From Camelus ferus (taxonomy: Eukaryota): 64,000 nt of DNA. Numbering within the stretch: position 1 is the stretch's first letter; each line of letters begins with the position of its first letter. A program made the translations under genes and the position numbers. Below the pieces are notes generated by a model. The model worked only from the letters and a program-made list of their open reading frames with translations, was not told the DNA's origin and ran no database searches. The DNA lies in NCBI RefSeq assembly GCF_009834535.1, contig NC_045697.1, positions 16,928,001-16,992,000 on the forward strand, read 5' to 3'. Below, piece by piece: positions 11,091-23,850 of the stretch.

Positions 11091-14000
11091 GCTGTGGGGA
11101 CAGCCAACTTGGGGAAAGAGATGCACTGACATAAATCAAAATGCCTGCAATAAAAAAAGACAAAGTACTCAGCATAGAGCTGGCCCATTGCAATTGTCCA
11201 ATGAATGCTGAACTGCTGCTTAAGATGGCCCGAAAGGTGGTGGTGAGGTGGGGGCAGAAGTGGTGGAGGGAGTGATGCGATATTAACACAGCATGTGCAC
11301 ATCTCTCTTCTTTAGATGAAGTTGGCTTCCTAAGAGAAAAACGCATGCTTTCAATCTCAGAATGCAAAGCAACACCCAATGAACTGACTTTTGCACAAGA
11401 TGAGCCTGTGTGGGAGCCGAAGACAGGTAGGAACTGAGCAGGCCCAGCGTGGTGGTGGCAAGGCACAGCACTGGGGGAATTGCTCCAGCAATTGGAAAAA
11501 CGTGTTTTAATTAGGTTGGTTGATTGGTGGTTCCCAAAGCAATGGGCTCTGAGCAGAAGGCAGGAGGTGTGTATGCACGTACATGAGAGAGAGAGACTGC
11601 AAGAAAGAGGGAAATGACTAATTGGAGAGAAGGGAAACAATCTGCTATAAACAGTCCATTAGGTTCAGGGCATGTGACTCGAAACACAGAGTGAACCCCT
11701 GCACTTGGGATCTTCGGGGCCAGTGGCATTTTCCAGTGGCACACCCAGTGGGAAGCCCTACCCTGGAGGGATGGCTGGGGGCTGTCCCATCACTCCCACA
11801 CTTCCCCAGCTGGCTCTGCCTGTGTTTTGATGACTAGGAAGGCCAGTGATGTGAGTGTCTCATAGTCCAAGGCTAATAACGATAATAGACCTGCAAGAAC
11901 AAAATTGACTCTAAAGGATAAAATTTTTAAAGTGAGACAATTCACTACAGTTCTCTGTCATTTCTGACTCGGATTATGTTGGGGAAGGTTGAACTCAATT
12001 TTATGGAGAAATCAATTGAAATTGGCACTCTGCATGATCTTTGGCAGAGGACACTGAAAACAGGCTCTCCTGAAATCGGCAAGCCAATAATTCACTTCTG
12101 CTGCCTGTACCCTCACAAACAAGTCTCAATTAGGGGCCCGTCTTCCCACATGGGAAGACATTGATTTTGCAGCCCTTTCCTCCTATTGATGAGATAAACA
12201 ATAAATTTGGAAAAGGAAACACGGGGATGAGTTCAGGGCAACTAGAAGAAGACAAAAGTGAAGCTGCAGATGAGGCTATGGGCCAAGGACTGGGAACTTC
12301 TAGGACACAGTTGACCAGAGAGAAGGGATGAGAACTCTAGGTGTGCGGGGTGGGACAGTGGCATTGGAAGTGGTTTTGGTTGTGTTTTACCAATTTAAAA
12401 AAGCCAACAAAAGATCTCTTTCTAGGCTCTTCTCCATGTTTATTTCAATCAAGCTGCCCAACTTTAAAAAGAGAACATGTCAATACTGGGCTATCCGAGG
12501 AGGGAAATCAGAACAAAATGCATAATGAGTTACTAGGAGTAAAAAATAAAACCGTGCTTGTTAATGCAATGCTATCCTGACCTTTTCAAGGGGAACAACA
12601 GCTGGCTTCACCAGACTTACGGATTACAGGACTTTCCTCAGAATTTAGCCAACGTATTGACGCAAATCCACCCAAAGTATCATTCATTTAGGTGGGAATT
12701 GCGATGCTGCGGGCTTAAGGCTCACCCAAGCGTACTTCGGAATGCACTGTCCCCAGGACAAGGCCAAGCGAACTGCTTTCCAACAGGAAAGAGCCAGCAG
12801 TTTTCAAACTTCATGCTTAGCAATTCATCTCACTGACAAGCACCCTGGGTCTCTCACGAGGTGTTCTTTGGTGCAGGAGAGAGAGAGGGAGGAAAAGCCA
12901 CAGCTCTCTCTCCTCTTCCAAAGGGCCAGCTGCCTTTGACTCTGGACCCACGCTCCTCCCTCCCCAGTCCCCTGTCTTGGGCACAGCTGTGGCTGCCACA
13001 CATTCTTCAGAGGGGTCACTTCCCTGAAAAGTGCAATGGCATCCTCAAGACAACTTTCAATGCAGAACGACAGCCAAATGTCGCCAGCTTCCCAGCTGCA
13101 TTCACAGTCTGGGTTCAGCCCCCTGCAGGAGGACTATCCTCCCATCCTCTCCGGTACGGTCCCCTGCTTTTTTCAACTCCTACAACAATGAGTGCTTTTC
13201 TCCAGGTTACTCCCAACAGCCACCAAAACCTAGGGTAACATGGCCCTAAAACGATGGCCCCTTCCAAGTCCCAGCAATGCCAAAGCCACCCAGGTCCCCG
13301 TGTCTCACTACCCTACTCTAGAAGGCATGAACTTGGAGGCTGCTTCCCACACCTCCCCCTCCCCCTCCACCACACACAAGCTCACCTGAGACCCTGCCTT
13401 CCAGAAAGGTTCACCACAGAGCTACTTTTTCCAGACTCTTGAGCTTACCTGCAGCACGTGGCTTTGAGCTCTGAAGATCCAAATGGAGAAAGACTGAGCT
13501 CCATCTAACGCCCGGGAAGGTTAAAAATAAACAAACAAAAATATGGTACAATAAACCAGCCCCAGAGTTGAAAGTACCTGCTGGTTACGTGTAGCGCCGC
13601 ACAAGCAGACCTTGGAAACGGGCTTCCTTTCATTTTGCAAGCAAACCGCTCCGGAACACAATTTCAGGAAATATATGCCGTTAAAGAATATTACAAGCAG
13701 CTTACTGCAGTAACACCTATAATTTTTCATTCATTTTAATATGCCTGTTTTTCACGTTGAGAATTTCTAGTAACTCTACCTTATTATGTTCCCCTGGTTG
13801 ACGTGTCTATCTACACAGCCGGATAAACATTCCCCTAATACTGGGTTGAGCTATTTTTAAAAATACTTTCGTGGAACAACAAAAACACACACACACAAAA
13901 ATCACTATTAAAAACAAAAGCACCCAAGCGCTGCATTTTAATATTTTAGTCTGTCTAAGGTTGGGTGGGGAAAGATGTTATTTTTAAAAAAGGGATTTTT

Positions 14001-14149
14001 AAGGAAATGCTTTGGGGTTGTCAACTGACCACAATGTCCTGGTGACTTGGACTTCTCACATCAAATCTTTCTTTTGGCCAGGTGAGGGGGGAAGGGCAGT
14101 GTTTCATGAGGTCTTCCTTAGAAATCTTTACATAAATATATAAAAATAA

Positions 14150-14500
14150 TAGTAAATGTTAGTACAAACAGCATTTACTGAGTGATCACTACATGCCAGG
14201 GGTTTAGAAGATCTAACCCAATCATCCTAACGAACTCCTGTGAGGTCCAGATAACCTTTAGCCCCACTTTACAGATGAGGAGGTGAAGCAGCTCCCACAC
14301 GCCAGGCACAGCACTACCTATTTCACGTGCGTTGTTGCTTTAATCCTTGCAACTCTCATCGTTATCCTCACGGCACAAGCATCTTTATTTGTTCTAAAAA
14401 ATGAAGAGAGGAGCAAAGAGTTAGAGCAAGCGCCCAACATCACACGGAGAATTCCGCCCAGAGCCACCTCCATCTAGAATCCACATCCTTAACCACCATG
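14150..14500 (-). mobile_element. Two adjacent MIR fragments
   Basis: ccccactttacagatgaggaggtgaagc followed by a second ccaggcacagcact...taatcct...cttaaccaccatgct. Confidence 0.65.
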
Positions 14501-16724
14501 CTGTTACTGCTGATGAATTTTCTCTACACACTGATCTAGTGTCCACTACTCCAGTCTCCAATGGGAGAGGGTGGTTGGGTTCATGATGCTGAAGAACAGC
14601 CACCTGGGCCAGGCTCCAGGTTTGGCCCGATGACTTGATTCCATGCACGCAGGCAACTCAGCAGAGGCTACGCTGAGCTAGGCAAGTCTGGCCAGAGGGA
14701 AGGCTGGACAAGTGTCTTAGAAACTGCATAAACCTTATGGCCACCACCATCCTGCTGTTACTTCCTTGGGGCTCATACCAACCACTAGAAGAAGATAAAG
14801 ATCCTCTTTCCCTCCAAGCACCGAGAAATGTCCTCAACATGATGAACATCTGCAGACCAACCTACTTGCTTTTCCTTCATGAAGAGAAGCCAGGATTGAG
14901 AGAAGGATCATATACCGGGTCATGCAGTGCGCCGGGACAAGAGAAGATGGCTGAGGACACTACTCACACTGGGGAGACCTAGATGGCCTCCTTTCTTTGG
15001 CTTTATTTCAGCCCTAAGCCTGTCCTAGATGCCATGTGTCAGCACCAATTTAAAGCAACAGTTCCGAGAGAAAGGCCACAGAGACCAGGATGCCCAAGAG
15101 CTTGGATCCAAAGGGACCACAACAAGCTGACTCAATAGCTTAAAGACTGTTTCTTCATCGTACTTTCATGTGGTGCCGTGACAGTCTGGGGGAGGGGACC
15201 TCAATTATTAATTGAATGTGGTACTTCACACTGTCATCTATGTAATCTTCTCCAGGCACTTCGTGGAAAGAACTGATCACAGCTCCAGCAGGTCTGGTCA
15301 AGGCTTTGGTACACAGAACCCTGAACTCTACCAAAGACACCACGCCACAAAACATAGCCTGCCATCTGCTTAAACTCTGAGCAATAAACAAAGCCCTTTG
15401 CAAACTCCATCCTAGGATGTGGCAACGAGACACTGAGACAAGCATGATCTGGCCTGAAGAGAGCAACACTGATGTCCTTCCCTGATGGTACTGGGGATGT
15501 GCTACAGGCGACAAAGATGCTATTCTCATGCCTGCAGGAGGCTTTGACACTTTCTAGACTTCCACAGGACATGCCTCGCGTTCAACTAGATCAAGTATTT
15601 CAGAGCAGCTTTTGTTTACCCATAAAATGGACCAAGTGGTCGCTATCCAATTCCTAATGGCAAAACATGACGGCCTCATCAAGGCTGGCTTGGGAAGAAT
15701 TTAACATGCAAGTAGAATTTCTCACACACAAATCACCTCTTTCTCTGTGCTCCCACAGCACAGGGTGCCAGTCTCTGTGGCAGCTCATCTCACAACTCCG
15801 TAATTATTCATCTGCACGTCTGCCTCCCCCAGCCAGCCTAGCCAACCCCCACCGGCAGGGCAGAAACTCCATCCCACGCAGCTCCATATCCCTGGTGCCA
15901 CACCGTCTATGGCCCGTTGTCAAACCTTTACAAATGGTTAGCAAATGCTTAGCAAAGCACCATCCCACCCACTTTTCCAGTTTTCTTCCGTAGCCAGATG
16001 CTAAGTGCTGGAAAATAAAACTGCAGCATTGTCTCCTGGTATCCACCCAAATAGTCAGATATGCATCTCCAAAATAAATGCCTCATTTAGAAATGTCTTT
16101 AAACCATTTTTTTAAATCCATTTATTTTTTCCAGACATAGACATTCTCCCATTTATGCAGAAAAACATGGAACCACCCTTAATTTCCCCTGATCAATTCC
16201 AAGGTCGAGAAGAAAACATACCCATAGTTCTAGAATTCTGAACCTTATAATCGATGCTCCACCCTCTCCAGAATCCTCAAGACCCCTTCAATTTGGAGGA
16301 TGGTCTCCTCTTGGCCGCCATCTTTGCAGACTGAGAGAGATTTTGTTGCCTTCATGGGAGAGGTCCCTTCTTCTTGACCAGGATAATCTTCTCTCAGGTG
16401 GGCCCTTTTCATACTTTATGAAAGTTCTGTAACTGAAACTGTTCACTATTCTCCAACCATGCATTCTGAGCTGATAGATTTAATTGGCCAAGGTTGGCAG
16501 AGAAGAGAAAAACCAAACTGGCCATGAGAGTCAACTCCCTCAAGCCCAACATGACAGGAACCAAAGTCAGAGAGAGGAGAGGAGACTGCTTGTCTTGCCT
16601 CCCTCCAGCTTGTTCAGGGCACATCGTGTTTTCTTTTGTTTAAACAAAGGCCATTCTCCCATTCTGCCAAGGGCTACAAATACTTTTCTGGGATCTGGCC
16701 CAGGGCACGGCCCCACCACTCGGT

Positions 16725-16870
16725 AGGTAGGGAGTGACTTCTGCCAAGTCATTTCACCGCCCAGTCTCAAGTTCCTCATCTGTAAAATTGGGATAATATT
16801 TCTCCACCGACATCCCAGGTTCCTAGCGATAAATATTAATGTCCGTAGAGGGCTTTGAGATCCTGGGGTG
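16725..16870 (+). mobile_element. MIR fragment
   Basis: gtctcaagttcctcatctgtaaaattgggataata. Confidence 0.75.
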
Positions 16871-18742
16871 AAGGATGCAGCAGAGTGTTATTTTTATGAC
16901 GTTGCAGCTTCCATAAAGCATCAAATTCAATGAGAAAGAGGAGAGAGGGGGCACTGGGCTGGAACCAAGAATAATGCAGGCAGATGCTGGTGGAGCTTCC
17001 CCCTACTGCTAATGCATGCCGACAGTCACCTGCAAGTCTGCTGCTATTCCAGTCCCGGGGCTCTCATTTTTACTGGTGACCTCGTTCACTGCTTCCCCAC
17101 CCCCTCCTCTTGCAAGCGTCAGAATCCCTATTTAGCATCATATTAATATGGAACTTCATAACGCTGATATGGATCTGTGTATTACAAACATCAGGGGGCC
17201 CGCCTGGCAGTCTGCTGGCATCAACCTGCTACTCAGCAGGGAATGTGTGTTCGAGACTCTGGAGTGGGCCAGTCTTCCGGAGCTGGCCAGACGCCCGCAT
17301 CCGAACTGCCCATGCAGCACCTCCCCTCCCCGCTTTCCCTCCCAGGAGACACTTTCCAGGCCCCCAGGCACCAAAGATGAGTGAAGACTGCTGTGCACAG
17401 ACCACTGTGACCAGAAAAGAAGCTGATTTTATTTGGCGATAAAAACTTAGAAAAGGAATCCAATAAGGACAAAGAACTCGAAGATAAGTCAATGGTCATA
17501 AGAAAGGAAGGGAGGGGTGTTGTTACAATGTGATGCTCTGGCTGGTCAGTGACCATTCATTCTTGACACGACTGGAGGGTCTCTGGAGACTCGGTTTGGG
17601 GGAAAGGGACTGGGGCCTGCTGCAGTGTAGGGTCAGGGGCAATGAGTCTGTGGATGGTTGCAGTGGTTCCACTGCATGGGACGCGGACTACAGGCTGAGA
17701 GAGAAGGAGTCCAGGAGAGAAGCAAATGGGAGTAACTCTTCCCTCATCCTCCTGATGTTGGCACGGGAGTCAGAGCTGTCCCAAGGGTTGGCAAGCTAGG
17801 ACCATCAGATCGGGTTAGACCTGTCAGGGGGCAGGGGGCAGGGGCAGGCAGAAGCAGAGATTTGGAAAAGATGGTATGGAACTAGACTCTGCCAGAATTC
17901 CCATATACATACACACCAGGCAGCTGTCCTCCCTTCCCTGCCCTTCTGCTGCACCTTGTAAGACTTGCCTTCTGCACCTTCCTTTTTTCCAATTTCATCT
18001 ACATAAAACCTTGTCCTCTCGGGATTTTTTGAGTGCCCATGTGTACATCTCTCTTGCTATAAAATGACTCCTCATCCTGCCTTTTCCTTTCATAACGATC
18101 TTTCATGGGTCTCACGTACAGTCCAGGTTAGTGGATGTTGGTGTTCAAAAAATTATGGAAAAACAAAGATGGTTGCTCTAGAACATAAAGGTTTAGGGGA
18201 CTTTGTCCTCCTAACACATCGTTAAGAAAGTTGTGCTTCAAGCCCCTTAAAGAGTGGATTCAGGAACACCTTATGATCTGTTGAGGGAGAATGGTTATTC
18301 CTCACTTATTTTATTTCCATGGGAGAAGTTGTCATTTAAACACTATTGGCCTCCATCCTCTCCAGGATGGGAGAAGGGACTTACTTAACAGGTTTGGAAG
18401 AAGGAAGCCAACCTGGGTAGGTCAGTCCCTTCTGGGTCCTCTCATGAGGTCCTGCCTCTACCTTCACCTGCTCCCCCATGCAGGATTCTTGCTCTGCCAG
18501 TGGCTGGGTGGGTAGTTTAATTCTGGTGTGCAGACTTTAGAAAGACCCTCCCCCACAGAGCTACATCCTGTCCTTTGTTCAAGATTTTATCTACAGTAGC
18601 ACTGACATTTTGATCTTTAGCTCCCTGACCACCATGCCTACCTAACTCAGGTGGAGAACAGATCCCCTCAAAACCCAGTGCAGCCCAGCTCCTTTTCTGT
18701 TTTGCCATGCCCAGTATGGCTAAGGAAAGGGTGCATTTCTAG

Positions 18743-19612
18743 TTATCAGAGAAATGAAAATCAAAACTACATGAGGTTATCACCTCACACTGGTCAGAAT
18801 GATCATCACTAAAAAGTCCACAAACAATAAATGCTGGAGAAGGTGTGGAAAAAAGAGAACCTTCCTGCACTGTTGATGGGAATGTAATTTGGTGCAGCCA
18901 ATATGGAAAACTGTATGGAGATTCCTTAAAAAACTAAAAATAGACTTTCCATATGATCCAGCAATCCCAGTCCTTGGCGTGTATCTGGAGAAAACTCTGA
19001 TTTGAAAAGACACCTGCACCCCAATGTTCACTGAAGCACTATTTACAATAGCCAAGACATAGAAGCAACCTAAATCTCCACAGATGATTGGATAAAGAAG
19101 ATGTGGTATATATATAATGGAATACTACTCAGCCATAGAAAGAATAAAATAATATCATTTGCAGCAACATAGATGGACTGGAGATTGTCATTCTAAGTGA
19201 AGAAGTAAGCCAGAAAAAGAAAGAAAAATACTATATATCACTTATATGTGGAATCTCAAAAAAAGATTTAAATGAGCTTATTTACAAAACAGAAACAGAC
19301 TCACAGACATAGAAAACAAATTTATGGTTACCAGCGGGGAAAGGGGGTGGGAAGGGATAAATTAGGAGTTCAAGACTTGCAGATACTAACTAATATATAT
19401 AAAATAGATAAACAGCAAGGACCTACTATATAGCACATGGAATTGTATTCAATATCTTGTAGTAACCTATAATGAAAAAGAATATGAAAATGAATATATG
19501 TATGCATATGTATGACTGAAACGTTGTGCTGTACACCAGAAATTGACACGTTATAAACTGACTATACTTCAATTAAAAAATAATGCAAATTAAAAAATTA
19601 AAAAAATTTTAA
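18743..19612 (+). mobile_element. 5'-truncated L1 (ORF2 C-terminus, 3' UTR, A-rich tail); tail resembles camelid-type L1
   Basis: atcagagaaatgaaaatcaaaactac...catatgatccagcaatccca...gcagcaacatagatggac...ctgtacaccagaaattgacac...actgactatacttcaattaaaaaa. Confidence 0.95.
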
Positions 19613-20110
19613 AAGGTGTAGTATATATATATACACAGTATATATACAATGGAATACTACTCAACCGTAAAAAATAATGAAATAATGCCATTTGCAGCAA
19701 CATGGATGGACCTAGAGATTATCATACTGAGTGAGGTAAGTCAGACAGACAAAGACAAAGATCATATGATACCACTTATATGTGGAATCTAAAAAAAAAA
19801 TGATAAAAATGAACTTATTTACCAAAAAAAAAGGGAGAGACTCACAGACATAGAAAATAAACTTATGGTTACCAGGGGGAAAGGAGGGAAGGGATAACTT
19901 AGGAGTTTGGGATTAGCAGATACAAACTACTATATATAAAATAAACAACAAGGTCATACTGTATAGTACAGGGGACTACATTCAATAGCTTGTAATAACC
20001 TATAATGAAAAAGAATATTATATATATATATATAACTGAATCACTAGGCTGTACACCAGAAACCAACACAACATTGTAAATCAACTAAACTTCAATTTAA
20101 AAAAAAAGAA
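19613..20110 (+). mobile_element. Second L1 3' end with a different terminal motif, directly in tandem
   Basis: acaatggaatactactca...gcagcaacatggatggacctagagattatcatact...ataactgaatcact...ctgtacaccagaaaccaacacaacattgtaaatcaact...poly(A). Confidence 0.93.
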
Positions 20111-20898
20111 AGGTGTGTTTAACAGAAAGCATCTCTTGCTTCTGTTGGGCTGCTAGTGGGCCAGCTTAGTGCTACAGTGTGTCCCTGCTAAGAACAGCCC
20201 TCGGTCTGAGGAAGGAGTTCCAGAAGGAAGAGCAGCTCCCGCAGGTGCTGACTCTAGGCCTGAAGCCTTCATGCACTCCCTGACTCTTCAGGAAGGCACT
20301 ACGAGGTCTGAGCACATCCCCTTCCCTAGCTTACAGGTGAGGAAACCGAGACCTGACAAGGTTATGAAGCCGGTAAGAGAAAAGGACCAAAGCCAGTATC
20401 AATCTAACGTGTCCTTTCGTACATCTGTTGATTCAGTCCACGTTCACTGAGAAACCGCTGTCTGCAAGACCATGGGGGCCCAGGAGGAAACCAGTGCCCC
20501 CCACCCCTTCTCAGAAGCTCTGGGGGAACCTGCCTAAGGGATTCCCACCAACCCTGGGAATCAGAAATCAGATTTCCAATGCAAATGGGTTTCAGCCTCC
20601 AGTTTCCACAACATCTCAAGCTACTACTTCACCGCTCTTTGCCTTGGTCTCCTCGGGTGCCAACCAGAGCTTTCCATCGAGCACTGCCCTCCCGGGGGTC
20701 CTTAAGATGATGGGCTGGCAAAGCCATGTGAGGGAGGATGACTGAACTGAGCCCTGAGCTCAGGGCACGGCAAGTGGAAGGAAGTCAGGGAAACAAGCCG
20801 AGTGAAAATCGCCTTCCACAAACTACTGCCGAGTGAGGAAGTCAGCCATTTATTTTGTGTGTGCTGGTGGCGATCGTGCTGGTTCGTTTGTAGACATT

Positions 20899-20940
20899 AA
20901 TAATAATAACAATAACAATAATAATAATAATAATAATAAT
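20899..20940 (+). repeat. (AAT)n microsatellite, imperfect
   Basis: Direct read. Confidence 0.9.
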
Positions 20941-23619
20941 TTTATTTCAGCTGAAAGAGAGTTTTAAAAGTAGAATTATGACCCTCTCAAAAAAGAGCTG
21001 ACACAAATCTCTATTAGCATAATGGCCCCAGAATGCTATCAAAACCCTGTGAACGCAGCCCTGCGTCCGTCTCCCAACACCAGATAAATGGAGCTAGAAT
21101 ACTGTGCAGGGGTCTGTTCCTCCATCAGTGAGAGCACAGTCTGCAGGCGGGGAGCACCCGTTCATGCTAATGGGAGCTACGGATGTAAATCCCCAGGCAC
21201 TGGGAGGGAGAAAGGCCCCCTGGGATTTTCCGCCAAGAACCCATCCACCATGATAGGTACTTGGGAGCCAGAAAGCCCTTCCTCATTAGCACGGCCCGAC
21301 TCCGGAGTGACTTGCAACCTCACGCCACGTATGAGAGACTGAATCCGACTTTCTTTGCCGTGACATCTATAGCTTCCTGTGGGTTTTGTTTTTTTTTTTT
21401 TTTTTTTTGCTTTTAGCTATTGTGCCACTGAAGCCTAGTCTCAGACAAATGCCATTTTAATCTGCTTTAGGCGGTGAAGGCCAATACACATTTCAGTGGA
21501 GAAAGTTATGTGTTTTAATTGCTTTATGAAGACATAGCAAATGCCTTGACACAGTTAAATGATTAACAGATTACTCCAAATGCCTTTGGCATAGAATATC
21601 TATATGTTCATTAGCCAGGACAATTTATCTTCTTGATAAAACTAAAATTACTTATACAGCAGGTTTACTTTCCATGATTAATAAATGATAAAAATCTAAA
21701 TTATCCATCTGAAATGTCCCTTTTTGGCCATTAATCTCACATTTATCAGCTTCTATAATATATATTAGTAATACAAAAAATTCAATTTTCCAAGTATTTT
21801 ATTTACTCTGCTGAGAAAAACAAAACACATTTAATACAAAGAAGTCTCTCAATCTAGGAAAATCTCCAGTGATTCCGAAATAGTCAGGGAGTGAAAAGAC
21901 AGAGTTAGCTTTAAATATGCTTTATGAAAACAGATAAACAAAATCTGTGGTGTAGACAGGCATCAAAATGTTCCCAAAGCAATCCCTCGCTCGAATGTCC
22001 TTCCAGTAGCAAGACATCAGAATGAATGGAGAGTTTCACAGCATTTTGCGTGGGTTCCAAAGGACAAAATTGAGAGCAAGCTCAGAAACGGAGCCGGGCA
22101 CAGAGTGATCTAGAAATCCACTAAAGGTCAACATGCAGGCATCGCACATGTCCAAGAAAGGGAGCTTCAGAGAACAGGTTTTGCTGGAGGGGAAGCCTTG
22201 GGAATTAGATCCTTCTGTCAGCTTTTTTAAATGTTTAAGACCGCCTGTCCTCCAATTAAACTGATCAAGGGAGTCCAGGGTGGCTTGTTGGTGACCGTGC
22301 TCTGGAGAACGCTCATTAAAAGGCTGACTCCCAACCTCCATCTCAGGCCCTTCGCGTCTGCTGTCAGCGGCTGATTTCTCTGAATTCCAATTGCCAGGGG
22401 AACTGTGGAGGCTGAGCCGAGCTGCCCCTGCTGCCAGGAGAGGTGGAGAGAGACACCTGCCACTGTCCCGAGTCACCTGTTACTTACCATGGTGACTCAC
22501 TCCCCAAGGAGCCTGAACAGAACGGCTCCTGAAAGGATGAGTGTGCGTGAGTGTATGTGTGTGCATGCACGTGTGTTCACAGACAGTGCCTGGGCCCTTC
22601 TGGGGGTCTGACACCCAGCTGGGCACAGGGCTGCAATGCTGAGGAAGAAAACCTCTGTCTTGCCCTTCAGGGAGCCTCCATTTAATGATGTAGAAAGACA
22701 TCAGGAAGAGGATGGCAGCACAGTGATAAATGCTGAGGGAGGGGTGACGTGGGGTTCCATGCACGTCTGACTCAGGTCTTAAGAAAGGGGGGAGGGAAGA
22801 AGAGGACATGCCTTCTGGAAGAAGTGACTAGCAAAACGAAGTGAACAGAAGGTGGGAAGGCTGTTCCAGTCAGAGGGAAAAGGATTTACAAAAGTCCAGA
22901 GGCAGAGGAGAATCCTCATTTACTCATCCCTTCACATTTTCACCCATCATTCACAGAGCATCCACTCTACACTGGGCACGACCCAGGTGGCTGGGGTACG
23001 GTGGGGTGTGACAGACGTAGCCCTGCCTCCACGGGGCTTCCATTCCAATGGTCTTCAGGAATTGCCAGTTAATCTGCGTGACTGGAGCACAGTGCGGGGG
23101 AGGGGGCGGGGATGAGGGCTGAGAGTTGAGGCTGTAAGCATGCACAGCTTAGCCCAGGTCACATTTAGAATTTGAACTTGATGTCCAGCACCACTACTAC
23201 TGTGTGGGTATGTGTGCACATGCGTGTGCATTGTGGGAGGAGTGTGGTGTCAGAACAGGACGCACACAGACCTGGCTGGAACGAAAGTCAAAGCGAAAGG
23301 CATGGAGCCGTAAGTGAGTGGGGTATCCTGCCCCAAAGGGGAGCACTTGCATTTCTCCCTCCACACCCAACTTTCTCTCGTGCTGCTCATCCCTCCAGTC
23401 CTCTAGTTCAGCACTGCACTCTCCCCATGGACCCTTACGGTACCCGCATGGTACCTCATCCTGCAGTCCAGCCTTCTGCTGGTGCTGGATGCATCAGACC
23501 ACCTTCCACAACAGGGCTCGAGTAAAATGAGCACAGGGGTAGGGTCTGACCGGCGCTCCCATCTCAGCCCTGCCACTGGGCCAGGTGCCTGGTCGTGAGA
23601 GTAATAAGTGTACTGGAGT

Positions 23620-23850
23620 CCATGGGGCACTTCATGCGTGCCACGCCCCTAACACACATTAACTCCATGGGTTCATTCAAACTTCACAATGATGCTACCA
23701 AGGTAGGTCCTATTATGGTCTTCATTTTACAAAGGTGAAAACTAAGGCCAAGAAAGGCTCAGTGTCTTGCATGTGGTCACACAGCTGGTAAGATGGTAGT
23801 GCCAAGAGCCAACCCTAGGAAATTTGTTTCCAGGGTGTATGCTCTTAACC
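23620..23850 (-). mobile_element. MIR SINE, followed by a + strand MIR piece at ~23870-23985
   Basis: cattttacaaaggtgaaaactaaggc...ggtcacacagctggtaag...gctcttaaccact. Confidence 0.8.

Noticed and set aside
11086..11640. 184-aa minus-strand ORF, the longest in the window
   Set aside because: TTG start, Ser/Cys/His-rich composition typical of random sequence, no domain or splice support.
13570..13585. Search for the other CNS exon (B4, recalled N-terminus MDEGYF)
   Set aside because: Only a partial ggtacttt match here, without ATG-GAT-GAA; I found no B4 exon or canonical PPARGC1A exon in the window.
15155..15572. Overlapping 131-aa and 112-aa minus-strand ORFs
   Set aside because: No recognisable homology or convincing splice-site pair; consistent with chance ORFs.
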